Positions 10,185 through 19,201 of a stretch of DNA of 64,000 nucleotides are shown here, in pieces; the first letter of the stretch is position 1, and every line of letters starts with the position of its first letter. A model generated the notes under the pieces. The model made no database searches. It was not told the origin of the DNA and was given only the letters and a program-made list of their open reading frames with translations. The position numbers were made by a program, and so were the translations under genes. The DNA is from Myxococcota bacterium (GTDB lineage: Bacteria > Myxococcota_A > UBA796 > UBA2385), in NCBI GenBank assembly GCA_044344255.1, contig JBIJDH010000002.1, forward strand, positions 96,001 through 160,000. Reading direction: 5' to 3'.

Positions 10185-10276
10185 GTGTACTCCGTGCCCT
10201 CGATGATAGCGCGAAGCCGAGGGACGCGCCCCGCTGACAGCCCCGAAGTGGACAGGGTAAGGAGGGCCTCCAGGAG

Positions 10277-11344
10277 GTGCTCATGGCCGCTCGACCCTCG
10301 CTCCCTCGCCGCGTCGCGTCCGCGCTCGGTCGGTCGCTCTCCGCCGCGCTGCTGCTCGGCGCCCTCAGCCTCGCCCCCCGGGTCGCGGTGGCGCAAGATC
10401 TCGGCTTCGGCTTCGTGCCCTCCCCTGCCGCCGGAGAGAAGCCCGCCCTGCTCATCACGCCCGAGCGGGCCGTGAAGGAGCTCCACGTCGAGATCACCGC
10501 CGGCGGCAAGAGCTGGACCTTCGACAAGGTCAACCAGGCGGCTGGAAAGCAGATCCGCCTCTCTTGGGATCGAGACACGTCGGTCACGGAGGCGGAGGCC
10601 TTCGTCCGCGCCGTCTTTCCGGACGGCTTCGTGGGCGAGTACAACGTGCCCATCCGCTACTCGTACGGCGAGCGACTCTCGGTCGACCTCAGCCGCGCCA
10701 CCGCCGACGTGAGCAAGCGGACCCTGAAGGTGAAGGTCACCGCCAAGGTCGACACCGCCGACATCACCGCCTACGGCGCCAAGAAGGTGGTGGTTGATCA
10801 GAGCTCGGTGAGCGTGGGCAGCGGCCCGGGTGAGATCACGCTGCCCTGGGTGGGCGATCCCGCTGACGTCGTGCTGCTCGACGTCACCCTCCATGGCGGC
10901 TCGGCCTACACTGGCTTCACCTACTCCCCCTGGTTCCTCAACATCCCGCACGACGACGTGCTCTTCGACTCAGACTCGGCCAACGTCCCGCCCACCGAGT
11001 CCTTCAAGCTCGAGGCCACGCTGCGCGATCTCACCGACGTGCTCGACAAGTACGGCGACATCGTGCCGGTGAAGCTCTACATCGCCGGCTGCACCGACAC
11101 GGTGGGCGACGGCGCCCACAATAAGGACCTCTCCACCCGTCGGGCCAAGGCCATCGCCGTGTGGTTGAGGGCGCACGGCTACGACAAGCCCATCTTCTAC
11201 CATGGGTATGGCGAGGGTTTCCTCGCGGTCCCCACCGGAGACGGCGTGGACGAGGCGCGCAACCGCCGCGTGCTCTACATGGTGGGAGCGAACCCACCGC
11301 CCCCCGGCTCCGGCGTGCCGGGCGGGAGCTGGGTCGCCCTCTGA
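10277..11344 (+). CDS. OmpA-family peptidoglycan-binding domain protein
   Basis: C-terminal VLFDSDS...IAGCTDTVG..NKDLSTRRAKAI...GYGE...RNRRV; signal peptide. Confidence 0.85.
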   Translation: MLMAARPSLPRRVASALGRSLSAALLLGALSLAPRVAVAQDLGFGFVPSPAAGEKPALLITPERAVKELHVEITAGGKSWTFDKVNQAAGKQIRLSWDRDTSVTEAEAFVRAVFPDGFVGEYNVPIRYSYGERLSVDLSRATADVSKRTLKVKVTAKVDTADITAYGAKKVVVDQSSVSVGSGPGEITLPWVGDPADVVLLDVTLHGGSAYTGFTYSPWFLNIPHDDVLFDSDSANVPPTESFKLEATLRDLTDVLDKYGDIVPVKLYIAGCTDTVGDGAHNKDLSTRRAKAIAVWLRAHGYDKPIFYHGYGEGFLAVPTGDGVDEARNRRVLYMVGANPPPPGSGVPGGSWVAL

Positions 11345-11378
11345 GCCACCCCCTTCGAGACCCATCGAGGCCCCCGCC

Positions 11379-12584
11379 ATGCGCCTTCGTCGTGACGCCG
11401 TTGCCCTGATCCTCGGGACCTCCGCCGTGGTCATCGGCGGGATGGCCTTCAGCGCGAACCGCCTCTTCTCCAGCCAGATGGCCGAGATCGAAGCGGGCCA
11501 GTTCAAGTTGCTGCGGACGATCGTCGACTTCAACCTGCAAGGCGGGCAGGAGCGAGCGCTCTCTCGGGCCGAGCTCCTCGCGGCCACCCCGGCGATCCGG
11601 GAAGCCTTCGCGTCCGGCGACCGCGATCGCCTGCTCTCGGACACTCAGGCCCTCTTCGAGATCCAACGAGACAAGTACGGCCTCGATCAGCTCCAATTTG
11701 TCACCGCAGACAACGTCTCCTTCCTCCGCGTACACAAGCCGGAGAAGTTCGGAGACGACCTCTCTTCCTTCCGGCCCATCGTGGTGGCGGTCAACCAGGA
11801 CCACGTGGCACGTCGGGGCATCTCGCTCAGCCGCACCGGCCCTGCGCTGATGGGCGTGGTGCCGATGCTCACCCCTGCGGGAGAGCCCGCAGGCCTCGTC
11901 GAGATGGGCCTCGACTTCGGGCCGGTCCTCGACCGCTTGAAGGCGACCTACGGCTTTGACCTCACCTTCTTTGTTCAGGAGGAGCCTCTTCGCGCCGTCG
12001 CGACCAGCGTCGATCCCGCCGTGCTGGACGAGACGAACCGCGTGGGGGCCTACCTCAAGTACCACTCCACCAACTGGGAGCGGATGCGGGGCCTCGTGTC
12101 GAGCGAAGACCTCGCCGCCGTCTCGGGCGACAGCGTCGAGTACACCCGCGAGAACCTCGGCGTCCCCTACGGCGTCGTGATGGTCTCCCTCAAGAACGCC
12201 GCGGGCGACCCCATCGGGGTCGTGGCGAGCGCGAAGGACTTTAGTGACACCCGCGCGGCCGGCGGTCGGGTGGCGGTCGTGCAGGCCGCCTCCTCGATCT
12301 TCGGGCTGATCGTGTTGGCGGGGGCCGTCGCCGTCGCGATCAACGGCTTCCTGCTCCGACCGCTGCGCGCGCTCTCCGACGCGATGGCGGCGCTCGCGGC
12401 GGGAGATGCCGGCCGGGTCGTCGATCTGACCGGCTCCTGTGAGGAGCTGGCCGTCGCCGCCGACCGCTACGAAGCGCTCCGCGCCTCGGCCGCTCGACCG
12501 CTCGGCCGGTCGCAGGCCATCGAGGAAGGGTCGGTGACCGACGAGGTGCCCCGGCCCGGCCCGAACACGGCACGCGGAGCATGA
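11379..12584 (+). CDS. Membrane sensor: TM, dCache_3-like domain, TM, HAMP-like segment; no output domain
   Basis: FLRVHKPEKFGDDLSSFRP Cache motif between two TM helices; LLRPLRALSDAMAALAAGD HAMP start; short tail. Confidence 0.8.
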   Translation: MRLRRDAVALILGTSAVVIGGMAFSANRLFSSQMAEIEAGQFKLLRTIVDFNLQGGQERALSRAELLAATPAIREAFASGDRDRLLSDTQALFEIQRDKYGLDQLQFVTADNVSFLRVHKPEKFGDDLSSFRPIVVAVNQDHVARRGISLSRTGPALMGVVPMLTPAGEPAGLVEMGLDFGPVLDRLKATYGFDLTFFVQEEPLRAVATSVDPAVLDETNRVGAYLKYHSTNWERMRGLVSSEDLAAVSGDSVEYTRENLGVPYGVVMVSLKNAAGDPIGVVASAKDFSDTRAAGGRVAVVQAASSIFGLIVLAGAVAVAINGFLLRPLRALSDAMAALAAGDAGRVVDLTGSCEELAVAADRYEALRASAARPLGRSQAIEEGSVTDEVPRPGPNTARGA

Positions 12585-13672
12585 GCGTGAGTCCCCGCTG
12601 TCGCGCGCCCGCGCTCGCGGCCCTCGCGCTGCTCCTCTCCCTCGTCGGGCGTGACGCGGCGGCCAGTGACCGCTCGATCCCCATGGGCAAGGGGCTCCCC
12701 GTGGTGGTGCGCACGGGCGCCTACTTCCTTGACGTCGAGCAGGTCGACGACGCCACCGGCACCTTTGATGCCACCCTTGACCTCCGGATGACCTGGGACG
12801 ACCCCCGGCTGCGCTTCTCCGCCCGCGAGGCTCCCGCGGGCTTCCTGGACCTTCGTGACGCCGATGTCGAAGCCCGCCTGAGCGAGATCTGGTCCCCGCA
12901 GCTCGTGCTTCGAAACCTCGTGGGCGATCCGGCCTTCGTGACCGAGCGCCTCCGCGTCTACCCCTCCGGGCGGGTGGAGTGGATGCGGCGCACGAAGGGG
13001 CAGTTCCGGACCGACTTCGACGTCACCCGATTCCCCTTCGACCGGCAACGCCTGTCCGTCGACATCCTCTCCCGACAGGAGCCCACCTCCCGGTTGATCC
13101 TCGCCTATCAGCAGGCAGAGGTGGACTTCAGCCGGCACGCGAAGGAGCTGGCGGTTGTGGGCTGGCAGATCGGGGCGGTGGACCTTGTCCCGTCGACGGA
13201 GGTCGGCTGGGACGGGGACCGCCACTCCACCCTCAGCGCCACCTTGACGGTGGCGCGTGAACCCCTCCGCTCGATCCCGCCGATCTTCGTCCCGCTCCTG
13301 GCCTCTCTGATCATCCCCTTGATCGCGCTGTGGCTCAATCAGTGTGATGAGGAGGGTGAATTCAAGGTGGAGGCTTTCGAGTTGACGAATGTGTTGATCG
13401 GAGGGCTGTTCGCGTTGATCGCGCTCAACTTCACGATCAACTCCTCCTACCCGATGCTCGCGGAGGGCAACCCCGTCGCGACGCTCTTTGGCCTCAACTA
13501 CCTGCTCCTGGCCGTGAGCTTCGCCATCAACATCGGCGTGATGCGCTTCGGCGTCGTCAAGCGCCTGTTCGGCCCGCACGTCCAGGCTGCGGTCTTCGCG
13601 TACTGCGTTTGGGCCCTGCCAGCCGCGGTCCTCGTCTGCGGCGCCGCGATCGTCCTCCACGCGATGGCCTGA
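12581..13672 (+). CDS. Prokaryotic pentameric ligand-gated ion channel (ELIC/GLIC-like)
   Basis: Signal peptide; WDDPRL and IWSPQL; Pro-loop FPFDRQ; four C-terminal TM helices. Confidence 0.88.
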   Translation: MSVSPRCRAPALAALALLLSLVGRDAAASDRSIPMGKGLPVVVRTGAYFLDVEQVDDATGTFDATLDLRMTWDDPRLRFSAREAPAGFLDLRDADVEARLSEIWSPQLVLRNLVGDPAFVTERLRVYPSGRVEWMRRTKGQFRTDFDVTRFPFDRQRLSVDILSRQEPTSRLILAYQQAEVDFSRHAKELAVVGWQIGAVDLVPSTEVGWDGDRHSTLSATLTVAREPLRSIPPIFVPLLASLIIPLIALWLNQCDEEGEFKVEAFELTNVLIGGLFALIALNFTINSSYPMLAEGNPVATLFGLNYLLLAVSFAINIGVMRFGVVKRLFGPHVQAAVFAYCVWALPAAVLVCGAAIVLHAMA

Positions 13673-13733
13673 GGCCACGCCCCGAACGGGGCCCCCAGGG
13701 CGCCGCGCCTTCCGGGTGGCTAAGGCCTGTCCC

Positions 13734-14087
13734 ATGACGCCCGTGAAGCCCCCGTGCACCCATCGCCACCTCCTCGTCTGCACCAACGTCCGGCCGGACG
13801 GCTCCCCGAAGCCGAGCTGCGGTCGACAGGGAGGGGTCGAGCTCCGGGAGGCCCTGAAGATCCGGGTCAAGGACGCGGGGCTGAAGGGCGTCGTCAAGGT
13901 CACGGCGGCGGGCTGCCTCGACTACTGCCCCGCCGAGGGCGTGGTGGTCGGCTTCTACCCAGACGGTGACTACCTCATCGCCGACGCCGCCACCGAGGCG
14001 GACGCCCTCTGGACCCGGCTCCTCGAGGGGCTGCCGGCGGCGGATGCGCGCGGAGCGGCGGCCCTCCCCCGCGGCCCGTCAGCGTAG
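13734..14087 (+). CDS. Thioredoxin-like [2Fe-2S] ferredoxin
   Basis: HLLVCTNxR...SC...GCLDYC...YPDG four-Cys pattern. Confidence 0.85.
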   Translation: MTPVKPPCTHRHLLVCTNVRPDGSPKPSCGRQGGVELREALKIRVKDAGLKGVVKVTAAGCLDYCPAEGVVVGFYPDGDYLIADAATEADALWTRLLEGLPAADARGAAALPRGPSA

Positions 14088-16700
14088 GAGCAGGTCGACG
14101 CCGAGGCCGATCCGCAGCTCCTTGTCGGAGACGGCGACCTCGTCCTTCTTCTGCGCGAGCGTGACCGACGTGCGGTCGAGCCCGACGTCGAGGACCGCGG
14201 CGAGGCGCTCCTTCACGGCGAAGGACAGATCGAGGCTGGCCTGGGTCTCGACCGGCCAGGGCACGATGAGCTCGCCGAGCCGTAGATCGGCCCCGAGGCG
14301 CCCGTGCTCGAGGAGGAAGCCGCCGCCCACGACTCCGCCCTGGAGCGTGTAGAGCGAGGGGGAGAGGGCTTCTTCGCCGTAGAGGAAGAGCGGCGCCGAG
14401 CCGCGACCGAGGCCAGCGAGGACGTAGAGCGCGGCCTCGTCGCCGAGGTCAAAGCGGCGCCGGGCCGCGGCGCGGGCGCTCCAGCGTTGGAGGTCGAATT
14501 CGTTGAAGGGGCCGGGCTTCCCCGTCGTGCGCCAGGCCTGCGCGGAGAGCTCGACCCCCCAGTCGCCACCCCGGGGCCAGAGCACCGCCTCGAGGCCGGC
14601 GCCGAGGCCGTCCTGTACGGCGCCCTCGCTGAGCTGACCGGCGGTGAAGGAGAGCGACTTGGGGCCGAGGTTGGCGGCGCCTTCGCTCGTGTAGGTCATG
14701 CCGACAGAGCCAGCTCGGAGGCCGATCCGGCCCCAGGGAGCCTCATTCGCGCTCGCTGAGCGGGCGGCGCGGGCGGCGCGGGCGGCGCGGGCGGAGGGCG
14801 CTTCGTCGTCGGCGTCGGCGTCGGCGGGGATGGGCTCAGCGGTGATGGGCTCGGCGGGCGCGGGGGTGGACCACGGAGAGGCGGCGCTCCCGGCCGCGGG
14901 AGCCGCGGACCGCGCCTTGGCGACGACCGGGGGAGGTCGATCGTAGCTGAGCCAGCCCGCGGTCTCGGCCCAGCGGCGGCTGGCCTCGAGGGCCAACGGG
15001 CCGCCGAGGGCGACGGCGGCCCAGGGCGCGCTGCCCTGGCGGAGGCTGCGCTCGACCTCGAGGCCCGCGCCCTCTGCCCGCAGCCGGACGAGGCCGACAC
15101 CGGCCCCCGCCTTGTAGCTGATGACCGCCACGCCACGCTCATTGGTGATCGCGGTGGGCGGTACGGTGCCATCTCCCTGGGGGACGCTGAGGCGGAGCGT
15201 GACCTTGGGGACCGGGAGACCGAGCGCGTCTACGGCGACGATCCGCATCGGGAGCACCTCACCGGGGCGGAGGGCCTCAGCGGAGGGGTCGATGAGCAGC
15301 GCAGCAGGGGGCAGGCCGGAGGCCTTGAGCGCCGAGCTCTCGGCGCGGAGGCGGAGCGCAGGCGAGCGGGGGGCGAGGGTGAAGGTCGCCTGAAAGCGGC
15401 CCGGCGCGGTCTCCTTCGGGGCGCCGGCCCGGGTGCCGCCGGTCCCCTCGAGCAGCGGCGCCTTGCCCTTGACCGGGCGCCCGTCTGTGCCGGTGACGGT
15501 GGCGGTGACGACGTAGCTGTCCCGCGCCTTGCCGGCGGCGCCGGTGGCGGAGATGCGCAGGGGCGCCGCGACCAGCGGGCGCTCGACCGTGACCGATCGC
15601 CCCCCGACCTCGGCGGTGAACTGGACCTTCGTGCCCTCGGCCGTGGGGGTCCACTCCACGGCGAAGAGGCCGTCCTGATCGGTCTCCTCGACGGAACCAA
15701 GGCTGCCAGAGCTCGCGCTCAGCCTCGGGGCCTCCTCGCCGGGATCCCCGTTTGGTTGGGCCACGGCGATCAGGAGCCGGTAGGGGCGCCTGGGGTCGGC
15801 GAGCAGGGCGGGGGGCAGGGCGACGAAGGCGTGGGTGGGCGAATCGGCCACGCTCAGGCGCACGCGCTGCTCGACGGGCTTCCCCACCTTCGGGGTGGAC
15901 TGGACCGTGGCCTCGACGGAGCGCGGGTCGATCGCCACCTCGAGGGCGAAGGTGCCGGCTGGCGAGGCGGTGACGGGGCCGAGGCGCTGGTCGCCGTGGA
16001 GCACGACGTTGTCGCTGCCCGGGGGGCCCGCGAAGGTGACGCTCTGGCGCAGTCGCAGCGGCAGGCCCGCCCAGCCGGCCACCTGCTCGGGGGAGGACGC
16101 CCGCGCCGCAGTGAAGACCACGATGGTGGAGCCCTTGATTGCGGCAGGGGGGGTCCAGCGGGCCAGCCATTCGCCGCCCGAGCCTTGAACAGGCGCCTCG
16201 AGCGTGCCCAGGCTGGCGTGGACGAGCAGGCGCTCCTCGGCGTCCGACACCGGGCCCGGGGGCGGCAAGATGCGCACCAACACCGAGCCTTCGCCGAGCG
16301 TGATCGCGGGAGGATCAAAACGGAGGCTCACGGGGCCGGCGTCGGCGGGGCGCACGGGCACGGTGGCTCGGCTCTCGGTCGTGCCGCCCGCGCCCTTGAT
16401 GCGGATGACGAGCGGGACTTCGCCTGCGGCCTCGAGGCGGTCTGGGATGAGGCGGAAGGTGCCCGTCCCGTCGGTCCCGATCGTCAGGTCCTCGACGCTC
16501 CCGCCGTCGGCCTTTATCTTCACGGAGTCAGCCGGGCTCAGGCCATCCGCTTGAAAGCGGAGCACCGAGGCGGTCTCTCCGTCCGCGGGGATCGGCGCGA
16601 CCCCCAGGAGCTCGGCGTCCGCGGCCCAGGCAGGGGCCCCGACCAGCAGGGCCCACCCGAGGGTGAGCGGAGGGAGCGCTCTCGAGACCATCGACCCCAC
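14079..16700 (-). CDS. Large secreted protein with Ig-like (Big_1/invasin-like) repeats and a probable C-terminal beta-barrel
   Basis: Signal peptide; IPADG, VTATVTGTDGRPV and AVDALGLPV...TNERGVAVISY repeats; Ala-rich linker; amphipathic C-terminal strands. Confidence 0.65.
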   Translation of the reverse strand: MGSMVSRALPPLTLGWALLVGAPAWAADAELLGVAPIPADGETASVLRFQADGLSPADSVKIKADGGSVEDLTIGTDGTGTFRLIPDRLEAAGEVPLVIRIKGAGGTTESRATVPVRPADAGPVSLRFDPPAITLGEGSVLVRILPPPGPVSDAEERLLVHASLGTLEAPVQGSGGEWLARWTPPAAIKGSTIVVFTAARASSPEQVAGWAGLPLRLRQSVTFAGPPGSDNVVLHGDQRLGPVTASPAGTFALEVAIDPRSVEATVQSTPKVGKPVEQRVRLSVADSPTHAFVALPPALLADPRRPYRLLIAVAQPNGDPGEEAPRLSASSGSLGSVEETDQDGLFAVEWTPTAEGTKVQFTAEVGGRSVTVERPLVAAPLRISATGAAGKARDSYVVTATVTGTDGRPVKGKAPLLEGTGGTRAGAPKETAPGRFQATFTLAPRSPALRLRAESSALKASGLPPAALLIDPSAEALRPGEVLPMRIVAVDALGLPVPKVTLRLSVPQGDGTVPPTAITNERGVAVISYKAGAGVGLVRLRAEGAGLEVERSLRQGSAPWAAVALGGPLALEASRRWAETAGWLSYDRPPPVVAKARSAAPAAGSAASPWSTPAPAEPITAEPIPADADADDEAPSARAARAARAARSASANEAPWGRIGLRAGSVGMTYTSEGAANLGPKSLSFTAGQLSEGAVQDGLGAGLEAVLWPRGGDWGVELSAQAWRTTGKPGPFNEFDLQRWSARAAARRRFDLGDEAALYVLAGLGRGSAPLFLYGEEALSPSLYTLQGGVVGGGFLLEHGRLGADLRLGELIVPWPVETQASLDLSFAVKERLAAVLDVGLDRTSVTLAQKKDEVAVSDKELRIGLGVDLLLR

Positions 16701-16703
16701 CTT

Positions 16704-16727
16704 CGACTCCTGTCACGACTCCTGTCA
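16704..16727. repeat. 12-bp perfect direct repeat x2 (cgactcctgtca) in a divergent intergenic region
   Basis: Read directly from the sequence. Confidence 0.85.
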
Positions 16728-16875
16728 CCGGCGCGTGCACGACTTCGCGACGCGCGCGCAGTGTAGCGCCCTGCCCTCGGCGCGGATGTCAACAGCCCGT
16801 GCAGGCTCCCGGGCGGCCGAACGACCGCCTCGGGTTAGCAAGCCCCTTCGCCCACTGGCGCAGGGAGCGAGCTCG

Positions 16876-17358
16876 ATGCTGGAACAACCGGATGATGTTG
16901 GGGCTGGAGATGTTTGGGACGACGCCGCGCTGCTCCGCGCCTTCGCCCTCGGGCTCCCCGGCGCCTGGGAGGACTTTCCCTGGGGCGACCGCGTCATCAA
17001 GGTGGGGAAGAAGATCTTTGTCTTCCTCAGCGGCGGGGAAGACCTCTCTCGCCCCTTCGGCTTGGGCGTCAAGCTGCCGAGCTCCGGCGAAGCGGCGTTG
17101 CAGATGCCCAACGTCAAGCCCACGGCGTACAACCTCGGTAAGAGCGGCTGGATCTCCGCGCGCTTCGGCCCGGAAGGACGGCTCCCGACGGCGCTCGTCC
17201 AGGGTTGGGTCGAGGAGAGCTACCGCGCCGTCGCGCCCAAGAAGCTCATCCGTGAGCTCGACCTGCGGCCGCCTTCGCCCCTCCTCGTCGCCGAGGGCGG
17301 GGCCCGAGACGGGGCGGTGGACCGGGCTGGGGACAGGGCTGGGGACCGCGCGCCTTAA
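16876..17358 (+). CDS. MmcQ/YjbR family protein
   Basis: LPGAWEDFPWG..VIKVGKKIF; YNLGKSGW; WVEESYRAVAPKKL. Confidence 0.88.
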   Translation: MLEQPDDVGAGDVWDDAALLRAFALGLPGAWEDFPWGDRVIKVGKKIFVFLSGGEDLSRPFGLGVKLPSSGEAALQMPNVKPTAYNLGKSGWISARFGPEGRLPTALVQGWVEESYRAVAPKKLIRELDLRPPSPLLVAEGGARDGAVDRAGDRAGDRAP

Positions 17359-19091
17359 TCGAGGCCGAATTCCTCGGCGGCGGTCTTGAGCGCGATGGCC
17401 GGCTGATCCTCTTTGAGGAGGATGAACGGTCCGGCGACGAGGGCGTCCATCTCGGTGCGCATGAAGCAACGGTAGGCGTCGGCGGGCGTGTTCACGATCG
17501 GCTCCCCGCGCACGTTCATGCTGGTGTTGATGATCACGCTACAGCCGGTCTTCTCGCGGAAGCGGTGGATGAGATCGTAGTACATCTCGTCCTGGGTGCG
17601 GCTGATCGTCTGGATTCGCGCTGAATTGTCCACATGCGTGATCGCGGGGAGGTTTCGGTGCTCGGCCCGAACCTGCGCCACGAGCAACATGTAGGGGCTC
17701 GGCCGATCGAGCTCGAAGTATTTGCCCACGTCCTCCTCGAGTACGGTGGGGGCGAAGGGGCGGAAACCCTCTCGCATCTTGATCTTCCGGTTGATGATCT
17801 CCCGCATCTCCGGGTGTCGCGCGTCGCCCAGGATGCTGCGATGGCCGAGCGCCCGCGGCCCCCACTCGAGGCGACCCTGGTACCAGCCGACGACGTTGGC
17901 CTGATCGATCAGATCGGCGGTCTGGTCGAGCAGGGCCTCGCGCTCGTAACGCTTGTAGACGGCGCCGTACTTGTCGAGGGTCTCCTGGATCTGCTCGTCG
18001 GTGTAGCCGGGGCCGAGGTAGGCGCTCTCGAGCTTCCACAGTCGCGGCTGGTTCATCTGGTCATGCCAGGCCCAGAGCGCCGCGCCCATCGCGCCGCCTG
18101 CGTCGCCGGCCGAGGGCTGGATGAAGATGTCTTCCACCGGGGCGCGGCGGAGGATGTGCCCGTTGGCCACGCAGTTGAGCGCCACGCCGCCCGCTAAGGC
18201 GATCTTGCCCTGCCCCGTCTCCTCGACCACGCGGGTGGCCAGCTTGACCATCACTTCGTCCACCACCTCCTGAAGCGAGCGCGCCACGTTCTTGTGGAAC
18301 TGTGTCATCTCGCCTTTCTCGAGCTCGCGGGTCGGTTGACCCATGATCTTCTCGAAGCCCTCATTGTACATGCGCATGCCATGATCGAAGTCGAAGTAGC
18401 GCATGTCGAGGCGGAAGGTGCCGTCATCCTTGATGTGAATGAGCTGCTTGATGCGGTCGACCTCGGTGGGCTCGCCGTAGGGGGCCAGGCCCATGACCTT
18501 GTACTCGGCGGAATTCACCTTGAAGCCGAGGTAGTAGGTCATCGCGGAGTAGAGCAGGCCGAGGGAGTGGGGGAAGTGGATCTCGCCCTTGAGCTCGAGC
18601 TTCGTGCCCTTCCCGACGCCCCAGGAGGCCGTGGACCACTCCCCCACGCCGTCTACGGTGAGCACGGCGGCCTCGTCCCAGCCTGAACAATAAAACGCGC
18701 TGGCGGCGTGGGAGAGGTGATGCTGACCGTAGAGGATGGGGCCGGTGTAGTCGAATTCGCTCTTCAGCAGCTTGTCGAGGCGCAGCTTGGTGCCGAACCA
18801 GCTCGGCATCCCCTTGACGAACTGCGGGAAGCTCTTGGGGAAGTTGGCCACGTGGCTCATGAGCATGCGCTCGAACTTCCAGAGCGGCTTGTCGTAGAAG
18901 GCGACCGCCTGGACCCGGCTCATGTCGATGCCCGCGTGCGACAAGCAATAGCGGATCGCCTGGACGGGGAAGTCGGAGTCGTGCTTCTTTCTGGTGAAGG
19001 CCTGCTCGTCGACCGCCGCGACCGGCACTCCGTCTGCGAGGAGGCAGGCCGCAGAGTCGTGGTAGAAGCAGGAAAGACCCAGGATGTACAT
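17355..19091 (-). CDS. Carbamoyltransferase, NodU/CmcH family
   Basis: HDSAA, HHLSHAASAF, DGVGE, EYKVMGLA, GGVALNC, EWGPRALGHRS, FRPFAP, THVDNSAR and NTSMN motifs. Confidence 0.95.
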   Translation of the reverse strand: MYILGLSCFYHDSAACLLADGVPVAAVDEQAFTRKKHDSDFPVQAIRYCLSHAGIDMSRVQAVAFYDKPLWKFERMLMSHVANFPKSFPQFVKGMPSWFGTKLRLDKLLKSEFDYTGPILYGQHHLSHAASAFYCSGWDEAAVLTVDGVGEWSTASWGVGKGTKLELKGEIHFPHSLGLLYSAMTYYLGFKVNSAEYKVMGLAPYGEPTEVDRIKQLIHIKDDGTFRLDMRYFDFDHGMRMYNEGFEKIMGQPTRELEKGEMTQFHKNVARSLQEVVDEVMVKLATRVVEETGQGKIALAGGVALNCVANGHILRRAPVEDIFIQPSAGDAGGAMGAALWAWHDQMNQPRLWKLESAYLGPGYTDEQIQETLDKYGAVYKRYEREALLDQTADLIDQANVVGWYQGRLEWGPRALGHRSILGDARHPEMREIINRKIKMREGFRPFAPTVLEEDVGKYFELDRPSPYMLLVAQVRAEHRNLPAITHVDNSARIQTISRTQDEMYYDLIHRFREKTGCSVIINTSMNVRGEPIVNTPADAYRCFMRTEMDALVAGPFILLKEDQPAIALKTAAEEFGLD

Positions 19092-19201
19092 GAGCTCGGA
19101 CTCCCGGTGGGGGCTGGGCGCACGGCCGAGGCAGCCCGGATGCGGACGGTCGGGTAACTTACCTCAGGCGAGGGCCTCGGACACGCGAGCGCGTCGGGGT
19201 G

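Noticed and set aside
16760..16792. Minus-strand TTGACA...TACACT promoter
   Set aside because: The spacer is 21 nt, too long for sigma70.
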